A stretch of 64,000 nucleotides of DNA from Protoeuglena noctilucae (Eukaryota): positions 310,001-374,000 of the forward strand of contig OY253685.1 in the NCBI GenBank assembly GCA_958009085.1, in the 5' to 3' direction. Numbering within the stretch: the first letter of the stretch is position 1; the number at the start of each line of letters is the position of its first letter. The position numbers and the translations under genes were made by a program. Positions 51,465 through 63,506 of this stretch are shown one piece after another. The notes below the pieces were generated by a model. The model did not search any database, was not told the origin of the DNA, and worked only from the letters and a program-made list of their open reading frames with translations.

Positions 51465-54400
51465 ATGGCCGACAGGGGTGGGCCGCGGCAGGCCCTGGAC
51501 ATCAGTCCGGAGGAGGTCGTGTTCCGGGGCGTCGTGCAGGGCCAGGTGCGTAGAGGAAGGGGTGGGAGCACTCTTTGAGTTCTCGTCCGCTCTCGTGCGA
51601 CGCGGCCAGCGATATCGCAGCGCAGCTTCACTCCAAGCTCCTGTAGCACTGGTTTTGTCGGGTTGTCCCTCTCCGCGTGCCAACAGGCCTTCGCAACACT
51701 GTGCTGGGACGCGTTGTCACGGGGAGATGCATCGAGCTGCCCGTGTGCGAACAAGCCGCGAATCACTCCGGCACCTCGTGGCCAGCCGCATATTTGCAGG
51801 AAGGCACGGCTTGTGTCCGGGGAAGTTATTGCGCCCGGCCCTCTCCATGGAAAGCCCCTCGTTCTCCTTGCAGACGTACGAACAGGTGCTCTCCGTCGCG
51901 AACCGCCTCCACGCGCCGCTCGAGTGCACCATTCGCCCGGCGGGTTCCGAAAGGTACAGCGTCGAGCCATCAGACTTGCGTCTGGGCCCAGGCGAGACCG
52001 GGCGCGTCGTCATTCGCCTCAAGGTCGTCCGCGTGCCGAATCGAAAGTGAGCGCCCGGCTTGGCCGCCTGTCGCTGCGCCCCGGTCCTGGCCAGTGACTT
52101 GCGGTGATGCGATTGCACCGCGCACGCTCTCCCGCCCCCAGGAAGGCGGTCGATCAGGGCATACGTGACGTCTTCCACGTCAAGAGCAAGTACTTCGACC
52201 AGATATTCCACGCAACGTTCTTCCTGGATCCGCTCGATCCCGCATCCGACGCCCGCCCCCCCGCGGCGGGCCCGCCCCGCAGGCCTGCGCCGTTGCCACG
52301 GTCTCGCCAGGCGTCGCCCCGGAGGGGCCAGGGAGGCCCGGAGGCGCCTCCCCCCCTCGGGGCGGCCGAGGCACCGGCGGAGGAGTACAGCATGGTGTTT
52401 GATGAGACTCGCGAGGGGCCTGCTATCATCCGGGGCGTGCCGCCAGGCGCGGGTGGGTCGGAGGCCTGGGCGTCCCAGGTGGCGCGGCTGCGGCAGGAGC
52501 TGGACGCCAAGGCTGGGCTGGTGGAGACGCTGGAGAGGAGGCTGGAGGTGGGAGACGGGAGGTGGGCGTGCCAGCCGGGTGCGGGGTGAGGTGGAGGATG
52601 AGGAATGCGCCCTTCCCTGTCCGCAGCTGGCCCAGACGATGAAGGGGGCGACGCGGGCGGCCGACCCCGAGGAGGTGCGGACGTTGCAGGGCCGGGTGCA
52701 GGAGCTGCAGGGGGCCCTGCAGGTGGCCAGGGGGCGTGCGCGGGAGCTGGAGGGCGACAACGCCGCGCTGGCTGAGGAAAACGGCTGGCTGCGGCGAGTG
52801 CAAGACGAGATGCAGCGCGCCCATCCCGATCTCCATCGCGCAGCAGAGGCGAGGGCCCGCCTGCCCAGCTCACCTGCTGCCTCTCGGCCCTCTCCGCGCC
52901 TTGGGTGATACGTCACCGTCCAGCTTTCCCTCACGTATGCGCAGGCCTTGCTGCACCGGGAGCGCGCGCAGCAAGAGGCCCGGAACGCCAAGGTGCTCGA
53001 GCTGCTGGCGGCCAAGGACGAGGCGATGCGGGCGTTGGAGGCACGCAACGACGAGCTGGGGCGGGAGGCGGCGCGGGCGCGGGGTGACCTGGCAGAGGTG
53101 GCGAGCAAGGTGAGCGTCCAGGGCATGGGCAGGAGGACGCGACTGGGGTCTGGAGCATGGGGGCGGTGCAGGCGGGTTCTCTGGGTGGTGCAGAGCTGAG
53201 TTGGGGACCCCGATGCACGCTCATCCCAGCAGCTCTCTCGCTCATTGCAGCTGGACGCCTCAGAGGCGCGCGTCGCGGACCTCCTCCAGGTGAAGCTGGA
53301 CTTGCAGCGGCAGATGGACCGACTGTCGCGTGAGGCGGCGCACCAGGCGGCTCAGCTGCGGGCGCGGGTTGCGGAGGCCGAGGGAGCGGCACGGGCCGCG
53401 CGAGACACGGCGGGGTCGCAGCGGGCCGAGCAGGAGGCCCGGTCTGCGGCGGACGCACGGGCGGCCCTCGAGTCCAAGACGGTGGCGCTGGAGCATGCGC
53501 TGGCGGAGCTGGAGGGGCTGCGCGCGGCCCTGGTGCGGCCGGGACCTCAGGGCGCGGCGGGCGATGGCAATGCTGTGCGAAACAAGGCAGGGCAGATGGC
53601 GCCGACTGTGAGGGACGATCGGGACCGGGAGATTGCGGCGCTGCGGCAGCGCGTCGCGGAGCTGGAGGTGAGGAGAAGGACATGGGGTGTTTACGGACCC
53701 GCGCCAGTGCCGCGATCGCTAGGAAGGACCTGTAAGCACTTGCTCCCGCCGGTGTGCAGGCGCAGGCGAGGGAGGCGTTCAGCAAGGCTGGCAAGGGCGG
53801 CGACCCTTCCTCAGTGCCGCCCCTGCCGCGGGACATGCAGGGTGCCGGGTGGGAGGCGGCACAGCGCCTGAGCGCGCGTGTGACGGAGCTGTCTGCGTCT
53901 GAGGCGGCCCTCCGTGCCGAGGTGACTGCGCTGCGGGAGGCGGCGGAGCGGGAGGAGGCGCGGCAGAGGGAGCGCGACCGGACGGGTGCGGGTCCTGGCG
54001 GGGCGGGGAGGGTCGATGACGGCCTGGGCGAGCTGCACGCCAAGCTGCTGTCGTGCCTGGAGGATAGGCGCAAGGCGGAGCGGGAGGTGAGGGTGTGACT
54101 ATGGCAGCATGGTTTGAGGAGAAATGGGGTAGGTGTGTTCATGGGCACCCACGTTTGGCTGACAGGGACGGGGGCCGTCGCTGGCAGTGGGGTGCATGGC
54201 GTGTGCGGGCCGACAGGGGACACTCGGGACCCGGCTCTCTGCTCGCAGCTGGAGGAGAGCAAGCGGGCGTGGTCGTTCGAGAAGGAGGGCCTGGAGGCAG
54301 ACGCGCGGAGGGCCCGGCTGGAGGCGGCGGCACGCGTGCGCACGCTCGAGGACGCGGTGAAGGCGCTATCGTCGCGCGGGGACCCCCAGCTCGAGATCGA

Positions 54401-57400
54401 GCGTCTGTGTCGGGAGATGGACGCGGTGCGCCGGTCCGAGGCGCGCCTCCAGGACGAGCTGGCCATGGCGCGGCAGCAGGGGGCGCGCCTGGCGGCGGAC
54501 CTGAGGGACGCGGAGGCGCAGCTGGCGGCGCTGCGGGCGCGGGACGAGGAGTCCGCCGCGCTGGATGCGGCCGTGAGGGCGGCGGAGGGGCGTGCGGGGA
54601 CCGCGGGCCCTGTGGCTGCGGCGGGGGACGCTCTGGCCGTGGTGCGGCAGCTGCAGCGGGACAGGGAGGAGGACCGGGCGAGGCACGCGGCGGAGGTGGC
54701 GCGGCTGCGAGCGCGGGCGGAGGACGCGGAGCGGCAGGAGAAGGAGGCGAAGGCGGGGCGTGGGGCAGCGGAGCGCGGGGGGGGGAGTCCCGCGCCCGTC
54801 CCCGGCGGTTCGGATCGGCGTGAGGGGGGCGTGGAGGCTTTGGAGGAGGCGCTGGAAGCGGCGCAGCTGGAGGCCGCGAGTCTGAGGGCGGCGGTGGCGG
54901 AGGCGAACCGGGAGGTGGCGGAGGTGCAGCGTCGGTGCGAGGAGATGTCGCGGGTGGCGCACGCAGCACGGGAGGACCTGGCCGCAAGGGGGGTGGAGGC
55001 GGCGGGGCACCACAGCGCCGAGGTGGCGGCGGCGACGGCGCGGGCGGCGGACGCGGAGAGGAGGGCGGCGGCGGCCGAGGCGGGGAGGGCCGAGGCAGAG
55101 GCGACGTCCCGGGCGGCGCAGCTTGAGGTGTCGCGGCTGCGGTGAGGGCGCGGGACTGCAGCTGCCCTGCCGCAGTGCCAGCCGCACAGACCCCGCCTGC
55201 CGCTGCTGGCGTGGGTGCGCCTGCCTAGTGACCCCGACTTCCATGACTCGCTCATGTCTGAGTGTCATGATGCGCGCAGGGCGGAGGTCGAGTCCCGGGA
55301 GCGCAAGTTGCACGCGGTGCGGCGGCAGGCGGAGACGGCGGCGGAGGAGGCGCGCGCGGCGGCCGCGGCGGCGGGGAGGGGGCGCGATGCGGCGGAGGCG
55401 CAGGCAGAGGAGCGCCGGGTGCAAGTCGCGGTGCTGATGGACACGGTGGAGGCCCTGCAGGCCGGGAGCGGGAGCGAGCGGGACCAGCGGGTGGTGACGC
55501 TGACGGCGCAGCTGGCTGCGGCGCGGGCCGTGGAGGGGTCGCTGGAGCGGAGGGCGACGGAGCTGCTGGCGGAGGTGGAGGCGGCGCAGGGGGCGGCGGC
55601 GCGCGCGGGGGAGGCGGCGTCGCGGGCGACCGAGGACCTGGCGGCCGCGCGGGCGGAGGCGGCGGGCCTGCGGGGCCACGCGGAAGCGCTGGCGGGGGAG
55701 GTGGCGCGGGCGCGGGCGGCGGCACGGAGGGTGGAGGAGGAGGTGGCCGGGCTGGCACGCAAGCTGGACGTGGCGCAGGAGTCCCTGCGACGCAGCCAGG
55801 CCGACCTCAAGGGCACGCAGGAGGCGATGGAGACGGCCAGGTAACACCCGGGGGGGTTGCAGCAGACAGCGCAGGGTTCAACAGCACATGGGGTATTTAC
55901 CAGGCATCGGCCGCCTGACGTGGACGGTCCTGCGTGTATCGCGTCTCCCCGACTCATGGACTTTGCAGGGCGCGCCACCTGGAGCAGCTGTGGAGGGAGA
56001 GGTCGGACCAAGCAGAGGCGCTGCGGGAGGCGAAGGAGGCGGCGCTGCGGGCAGCCACGGCAGGGTCGCCCGAGGCGGAGGCGGCGTGGGAGGAGCTGCA
56101 GAATCCGGCGCTGGTGGCAGCCGTCAACGCCGTGGCGGAGGCGATTAGGCGAGCGCGGATGGGCCGGGGGTGGCTGGTGAACGGGAGCGGCGCCGCTGTG
56201 AGGCTGCCTGCCATGTTCATGGGCCACCTTCCCACCTTTCCAAGCGCAGTCGCGTCCCCGCCCGGCGAGTCCCTTGCCCGGCACGTGCCGCGCGTGGTGG
56301 AGCGCTACCGGGCGACGGTGTTGGGGGCCGAGCGGGGCGCGCCTGCGGGCCGAGGCGGACGCGCGGATGGCGCGGTGGGAGCTGGCGGCGTGCCAGGCTC
56401 GCCTGCACTCCGCAGAGTCTGCGTTGGAGGACAACCTCTGCCGCCGGGAGGTGGCCGAGTCGGCGCGGGCGTCGGAGGGCGCGATGGCGCGCGCCCAAGT
56501 GCACGAGCGGCAGATGCACATGCAGGAGCGCCTCGATCTGGCGCACCAGCACATCGATCAGATGCACGCGGCCCTGCAGGCGAGATCGGGCGGATGACCG
56601 CCCTGCAGACGCCCTGGCTGGGTGGCCGACGTACATTGTGCAGGCAGCTGTGTCACCTTCCTCCGCCCTCGCCTTCCCACAGGACACTGCACAGAAGCTC
56701 GCCCACAGCCGAGTCCCAGGCGGAGGCTTCCACGGCAGCCCTGGAGGTGGAGCGGGGACCGCGCCGANNNNNNNNNNNNNNNNNNNNNNNNNNNNNNNNN
56801 NNNNNNNNNNNNNNNNNNNNNNNNNNNNNNNNNNNNNNNNNNNNNNNNNNNNNNNNNNNNNNNNNNNNNNNNNNNNNNNNNNNNNNNNNNNNNNNNNNNN
56901 NNNNNNNNNNNNNNNNNNNNNNNNNNNNNNNNNNNNNNNNNNNNNNNNNNNNNNNNNNNNNNNNNNNTGATGTAGATGCAACGGGCTGCACCGGCTCGGA
57001 CGCGCCCGCAGGAACTGGAGGGTCGCGTGGCAGCGGCGGCGGAGGCACGCACGCGTGCGGCGCTGGGCGGTCAGAGCCCCGCCGAGGTGGCGTCGGCGCT
57101 GGGGGCGCTGGAGAGCAAGGCGGCTGCCCTGTCGCGAGAGTGCGAGGTGCTGGAGACGCGGCTGTCGGAGCAGCGCGCGGCGGCGCAGGCGGAGCTGGCG
57201 GCGCGTGACCAGGCGTGGGAGGCGCGTGTGGCGAGGGCGCGGGACGCGGGGCGGGGGGAGCGCCGGGAGGCAGAGGCGCGGGCGCTGGAGGCGGAGCGGC
57301 GGCTGCGGGCGGCGGGGGAGGAGGCGGCGCGGGAGCGGAGGCGCGCGGAGGAGGCGGAGGGCGAGGCGCGGCGGGCGCGTGCCGAGGCAGCTGAGGCGCG

Positions 57401-59293
57401 GGCGGCGGGGGAGGGGGAGGCGCGGGCAGCGGCGGAGCGTCACGCGGCGGCGATGCAGGAGTTGGAGGCGCGGATGGAAGGGGAGCGGGCAGCGCTGCGG
57501 CGCGAGGCGGAGGCAGCAGCCGCGCATGCCGAGCAGCGGGGGCGGGCGTCGTCGGACGTGGCGGTGGCAGAGGCGCGGGCGCGGGCGGCGGCAGCGGAGG
57601 CCGAGGCGGGTCAGCGTGCACTACGGGCGGAGGAGCGCGCGGCCGAGTGCGCGAGGCAGCTCGAAGCGTACCGGCGCTTCCGGGAGCAGGAAGTGGCGGC
57701 GCTGGAGGCGCAGCTGCGGGCGGCCTTGGGAACGCCCCGTGGCGACGGTGGTGGCGGCGGCGGCGGCAGCGGCGGGGAGGCTTGCTCGCTGCCGTCGAGC
57801 GTGGACGACGCGGTGCGCCGTGTGCGGGAGGCGCTCGAGTCGGACGCGGTGGGGGCGGCGCTGCGTCAGGCGGAGCTGGAGGCTCTGCAAAGGGAGCGCG
57901 CCGAGGCGTCGGCGTCTGCGCTGCGTCGGGAAGTGGAGGAGCTCCGGGCGCGCGCCAAGGCTCAGGCCCGGGAGCTGCGGGAGCGGGTGCAAGGGGAGGC
58001 AGGGGCACGGACGGCGCGGGCGGAGGCGGAGGAGCTGCGGGCGCGAGTTGAGGAGCTGGAGGGGGCGTTGGGGCAGGCGCGACGGGAGAGCGCGAGGCGG
58101 CTAAGGGCGCTGCGTGAGGTGCAGCAGCGGGCGGACGGCGGCGGTGCGGCGGGTGAGGCGGAGGCGGGGCTGCTGGCGCGGGTGGTGGCGGAGCGGGAGG
58201 GGCGGGAAGGCGCGGAGGCGCGGCTGAGCCAGATGCGAGCGGAGGGCCAGCGGAAGGACGCAGTCGTGGCGAGCCTGCGTCGGCGCGTGGAGGAGCTCGA
58301 GGGCCAAGCGCGGGCGGCGCAGGTGAGGAATGCACCGTCGCGGAGTGCAGCACGCGGCGATGACTCGGGGGGCGGGCTCCTCAGTTGTAATGGCAAGCGC
58401 CTGACCGCAGGAGGCGGACTGGGAGGGCAAGTGCGCGGCGCTGGAGGCCCGGATGAAGCTGCTGCAGGCGGAGGTGGGGCGGAAGCAGGAGATGCTGCAG
58501 CAGCTGCGGGAGCGCGTGGACGGCCTCGTGGGGTCGGCGCAGGAGAGGGCGGCGCTGCAGGAGCAGGAGAGGGCACAGGTGACGACGACGGGCGGCGGGG
58601 GTGCCAGAGCGGCAATGTGCCTGCACCTGGCCGACGCCTGGCTGTGAAGTCCACCCTCGCAGGCGGCCCTGACCAAGGTGCGGGCGGAGCTGCACCGCAA
58701 GCAGGGGCAGGCGCGGACGCTGCAGGCTGAGGCGGACCGCCTGCGTGCCGAGGCGGGGGAGCTGAGGAGGGCGGCGGAGGAGGCGGCCAAGCGGGAGGCC
58801 GCGGGGGGCCGGAAGAGCGCGGCGGAGGCCGCGACGCTGCGGGGGCGCGTGCAGGAGCTGGTGTCGTGCGCGCGGGGCCTGGCGCGCGCCGTGGTGCAGG
58901 TGTACGACGCGGCCACGCACGCCCTGCAGCGGCACCGGGGACCCGACGCGGTGCAGGCGGCGGTGCGGGTGAGGCAGGAAATGGCGCTGCGATCAGAAGC
59001 TCCTCCGTCCCCCCGGCTTGTGTGCTGGGGCGCCTCACATGGTCCCGCTGCCACGCCTGCAGGGAGCGCGGCTGGACGAGCTGCAGGCAGTGCAGGCGCC
59101 CCCTTCGCCGCTGCCGAACGCATCGGCGCGGGCGCTGGCCGAGGTCGTCGCCGACATGCTGCTTCGGCTGGAGAACGCGGCCATGGCGCCCGTCGGGGGC
59201 ACGGCGGGGGCGTCGGGGCCGAGCGCGGAGGCCCTCCTCGACTGCGCGGGCCGCGTGGGGAGGGCGGTAGAGGCATGCCTTGCCGCTCTCTGA
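51465..59293 (+). CDS. Large centriole/basal-body coiled-coil protein (centlein-like motif) with N-terminal ASH/MSP-like Ig domain
   Basis: N-terminal beta domain LDISPEEVVFRGV...VLSVANRL...SVEPSDLRLGPGET; HPDLHRAAE|ALLHRERAQQEARNAKVLELLAAKD recalls centlein; extensive heptads. Contains an N-gap and probable sequencing indels. Confidence 0.65.
56768..56967. other. Assembly gap (200 N)
   Basis: Run of N. Confidence 0.99.
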
Positions 59294-59354
59294 GGAAGAG
59301 GATTGGGGGTCGATGACACAGTCCTTGCGTTAAAGTGGTCCGAAAGTCTGAGTT

Positions 59355-60060
59355 CTAGAAAAGTTTCAACCCCTGGTGACCATGTTGACTAAGGACTTGG
59401 CCAGCACCCCTGCCTCCCTCGACAGGTCCTGCGACGCACAGGCAAGCATTGGTCAGAGCGGCAGAGTGCTTCAAGGACACGCCGTTGACCGTTGCTGGTG
59501 CAGCGCGCACCTGGTGAACGCGCAGAGCTGCGGGAGGGATGATGGTCCATGGCACGATGCGGCACAGGGCTGAGGCCCACAGCCCCGAGGCACCAGCCAG
59601 CAGAATGGGCACGGGGTAGCTCATAGCTACGTCAGGTATCACGCCCGTCAGGAACCAAAGGCAGGTGCAGGAAACCTGGAAGACAAGGACCGGGCCAAAC
59701 TGGCCGGGCTCGTAGATGCCGCACAGGGAGCCGAAGGCGAGCACGAGCGCACCCGCCCCAATGAGCCTGCGGGGAGGACACCTGGGGATTCCGGACACCC
59801 CCAGCGTCACGAGGCTCGCGGACACGGCCCATCACGACGCGGCCGGACCTCATCGCGGGCCCCGGCAGCCACGCCTCCCCGTAGACATGCAGGGCGGCGG
59901 TGCGTGGGCTCGTGAGCGACAGAACCCCGACGCCGGCATGCAGAGCGGCGTTAACCGCGAAAGCATAGCGCAGCAGCAGATCCGGGGCGTAATTCCCCAG
60001 GAGATGGCCGCCGGCTGCCCATCCTGCAATCAAAAGGGGGGCTGCAGTGATGTGGACCAC
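59355..60060 (-). CDS. Small multi-pass membrane protein of unknown function; both ends uncertain
   Basis: Two hydrophobic ORFs joined by a phase-2 intron at ~59766-59848 (PAMR|LIGAG); 4-5 hydrophobic segments. Confidence 0.6.
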
Positions 60061-60612
60061 GCGGTGGTAGTCCAGGACGCCATGCGGCTCTCAGCAAAGG
60101 TACTACGAGTCACCTACAAGGGCGCACGCGGCGATGGCCAGCGCGCCAACTGCGGAGGAGGCCGCAACGGTACAGCCGTTGTACCCAGCCGGGTACACGT
60201 TGCTCCCCTTGCGCATGGGTCGTACCGGGATGCCCCAGAGATGCTCTCTCGCGTGTCCCGGAGAGGTTCCGCGGCCCATGAGGTGTGCAACGGCGCCAAA
60301 ACTGGCACTGAAGGGACTGGCGCTGGTGATCCGTGGCTAGGTAGGACGCGTGGGTCGACGCCACGGGCAGGGTGGGATCGTGCGGGTGTCGCCCACGACT
60401 GGTGTGTTGCGGAAGCCTCTTTTGCCGTGCACGTCACAGAGTGCCCGCATTCAGCTCAGCGTGCGCTGCCAACGGAGGCCAGGTTGGCCTGCCGAGGGGG
60501 TTTCTTGGTGGCTCGGGTAGGGCACCCGCAGCCGACGTTCGCGCTGGAGGAGGGAGGGGCTTCAGCCGCTGTCCCGGCGAGGGGGAACTGAGGCCCGACT
60601 GGGGCGCGCGCG

Positions 60613-61839
60613 ATGGCCGTCGCCGGGGGCCGGGTGACGCATGGCGTCGGCTCCAATCTCATCGGGATCCACTCCCAGGCCCGCAACCAGGAGGCGACGC
60701 TGTACGTGGGCAACCTGGACACGCGGGTGACGGAGGACATTTTGTGGGTGAGGAGCCCCAGGAGCGACGGATGCCGGGCCGCAGATGCCTTGATTTGCTC
60801 GCGCCGTCACACGCCGCGTGGGCGGCGCGCGCAGGAGCTCTTCATCCAGGCGGGCCCGGTGACGAGCGTGTACGTGCCCAAGGACCGTGTGACGAACGAG
60901 AACAACGGGTTCGGGTTCGTGGAGATGAAGACGGAGCGCGACGCGGACTACGCCGCCAAGGTGGGGAAGAGGGGATCGCCCCAAGCGGACGAGGGAGGGG
61001 GCGGGGCTGATCAGCTGGCGTCGCGGCGCTGCCAAAGCCCTCCCACGCCGCCCCCCCCGGCCGCAGGTCATGAATATGATCAAGCTGTTTGACAAGCCCA
61101 TCAAGGTCAACAAGTCCGCGACGGACCGGCAGACGCTGGACGTCGGCGCCAACCTGTTTGTGGGCAACCTCGACCCTGACGTGGACGAGAAGGTCCTGTA
61201 CGACACCTTCAGCGCCTTCGGGGGGATCGTCGGCCAGCCCAAGATCATGCGGGACCCGGAGACGGGCAACTCGAAGGGGTTTGGCTTCGTGTCGTTCGAC
61301 ACGTTCGAGGCGTCGGACGCCGCCATTGAGGCCATGAGCGGGCAGCACCTGATGAACCGGCCGCTGGTCGTGCAGTACGCGTACAAGAAGGACACCAAGG
61401 GGGAGCGCCACGGGACGCCGGCGGAGCGCCTCCTCGCGGCCCAGCGGCGCGCGCTCATGGAGACCGAGGCGGCCACCGCGCGGCCGCACACGCTCTTCTC
61501 GACCGGGCCGCAGCCGCTCGGGCCCGCCGCGCCGCCGCCGGGGTCCGGCCCGGGCATGCCGCTCCCGCCGATCCCGCCCATGATGGGCTTCCCGCCCCCC
61601 GGAATGGGTGAGGGCGGCCGCGGGGCAGCGGGGGGGCTGCACGAGCGACGCGGGCGGTATGGCATGGCTGACATTGCTCTTGTTCTCCTCCCGCTGCAGG
61701 TGGCCTCCCCATGCCCCCCCCGCCCATCCCCGCATCTATGGCTGGGCCCCCGCCGGGCGCCTGGCACGGCCCCCCCGGCATGCCGCCCCCGCCCTTCCCC
61801 GGGGCGTACCTCCCGCCTCCGCCCCCCGGCTACTCCTGA
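60613..61839 (+). CDS. SF3B4: Splicing factor 3B subunit 4 (SAP49)
   Basis: [87 protein letters not shown]; Pro-rich tail; TGA at 61837-61839. Confidence 0.96.
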
Positions 61840-62264
61840 TCGTGCCTGGCGACGGCAGCGTGAGATCCTGGCTGAGTCTTGGGGACGGGCAGCGCGTTGA
61901 AGCCGACGAGGAGTGCGCCTGCGCGTCTGCCACGCGGCAGCAGGTTGTGAGTCCTACGCCGACGTCTGCGGGCGTCGACAGGGTGCGCCAGCTCTCTCGT
62001 GACTGCCGCCGGCACTGGTCACGCGTGCGGGTGGCAGCGGCCCTGGTGGGCGGCGCTGGCGGGGTGTGGACGACCGCCCGCATCTCCCCGGGCCTTGTCA
62101 TAGGTCCTCAAGGCGTGGGTGACCGCGTCCTCATGGCGGCACTGCTCTCCTGGCGCACCACAGGGCACCAGCGTGTCTGATGCGCCCGGGAAGTTTGAGG
62201 CTCAAGAAATGGCGATTCTCTCACCCCCCCCCCCCCTCCCCCAAGGCGACGCCCGTCTTTGTCT

Positions 62265-62916
62265 CCCCCCCCCCCAAGACTCAAGGCGTAATGGTTCAGC
62301 CCGAACACGTCTGACACCGGCAGGGTCAGAGCGTGGGTCAACCGCGGCACGAGGGTGCGCACACCCTTCGTGAACACTGAGCACGGCTTCAGGGTCATCA
62401 TAACCAGCCAAGAGCGCCGGGCACAGGGGGGCGAAACCCCCCACTGGCCCCTTGGGAACCACACTCCCAGAGTGCGTGGGGGCTTTGCAAAGCGTCCCGG
62501 GGGCGGCAGCGTCGTAAGGCCACCTGAACGCGTGCGGTGAAGGCAGCGGCAGCCCCAAGGGACTGGGGGGACCGGATCTCGGGGACCTGGGTCCCCCGCT
62601 CTGTCCCACAAGGGGGCGCCAAAGCCGTACCAGCACTCCGAACATGACGTGAAACCCTCGGCCACCGCCCCCGACTCTGCTAGGCCCCCGCCCACCGGCG
62701 CCCGCCCGAGGTTTCCTTGCGGGCACCCCGTGACGAGCACCGACGGGCAGCCGGCTGTCCCGCGGGGCCGAACCCGGGCTTTAGAACCCTGGAGGGCCGG
62801 CGACCTTGAACTCCTGCACGTCCAGGCGATACCGCAATGTGAAGTACTCACCACGTCCCGCGCATGCGCGAGCAGGCTACCCACACCATCACAGGAGTGC
62901 CATCTAGCAGACCCGG
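62265..62916. mobile_element. Element E1: non-coding retroposon-like insertion starting with a C11 run
   Basis: Left flank acgcccgtctttgtct (62249-62264) recurs as acgccccgtctttgtct (63524-63540). The 301-nt core 62416-62716 is homologous to 63208-63508. Confidence 0.7.
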
Positions 62917-62931
62917 TGCTCCCACGCCCCG

Positions 62932-63048
62932 AAAAAAAAAAAAAAAAGGCTCGCGGCGGGATCGGAGCTCGACACGTCAGCACCTGGTGCCAGACGCGGG
63001 TGCCTCTCACTTCTCTGGACACCAACCGTGACCCGTGAGGGACCACGA
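62932..63048. mobile_element. Element E2: heavily truncated copy (A16 + 101 nt)
   Basis: 62948-63048 matches 63078-63178 with one mismatch; TSD tgctcccacgccccg at 62917-62931 and 63517-63531. Confidence 0.75.
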
Positions 63049-63060
63049 CCATTGCTCCCA

Positions 63061-63506
63061 AAAAAAAAAAAAAAAAAGGCCCGCGGCGGGATCGGAGCTC
63101 GACACGTCAGCACCTGGTGCCAGACGCGGGTGCCTCTCACTTCTCTGGACACCAACCGTGACCCGTGAGGGACCACGATCTCGAGCTCGTCATTTCCCGC
63201 CGCGGGTGCCGGGCACAGGGGGGCGAACCCCCCCACTGGCCCCTAGGGATCCACACTCAGAGAGTGCGAGGGAGCTTTGCAAAGCGGCCCGGGGGCGGAA
63301 GCGTCATCAGGCCACCTGAACGCGTGCGCTAGGGGAGTGGCGCGCCCAAGGGACTGGGGGGACCGGATCTCGGGGACCTGGGTCCCCCGTTCTGTCCCAC
63401 GAGGGGGGCACCGCAGCCTTTGCAACACTCCGAACATGACGTGAAACCCTCGGCTACTGCTCCCGACTCTACTAGGCTCCCGCCCGCCGGCGCCCGCCCG
63501 AGGTTT
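63061..63506. mobile_element. Element E3: A17-18 + terminal hairpin module + shared core, truncated on the right
   Basis: Perfect 18-bp TSD ccacgaccattgctccca at 63043-63060 and 63507-63524. Confidence 0.8.

Noticed and set aside
56334..56704. Two apparent +1 frameshifts in the centlein-like gene (G4 at 56334-56337; C3 at 56702-56704)
   Set aside because: Both are homopolymer indels within ~450 bp of an assembly gap; sequencing error is far likelier than programmed frameshifting.
62800..62923. Possible Pol III A/B boxes at the right end of E1 on the minus strand (tRNA-derived SINE head)
   Set aside because: Matches (ctgctagatgg; gagttcaaggtc) are imperfect and widely spaced, and no cloverleaf forms.
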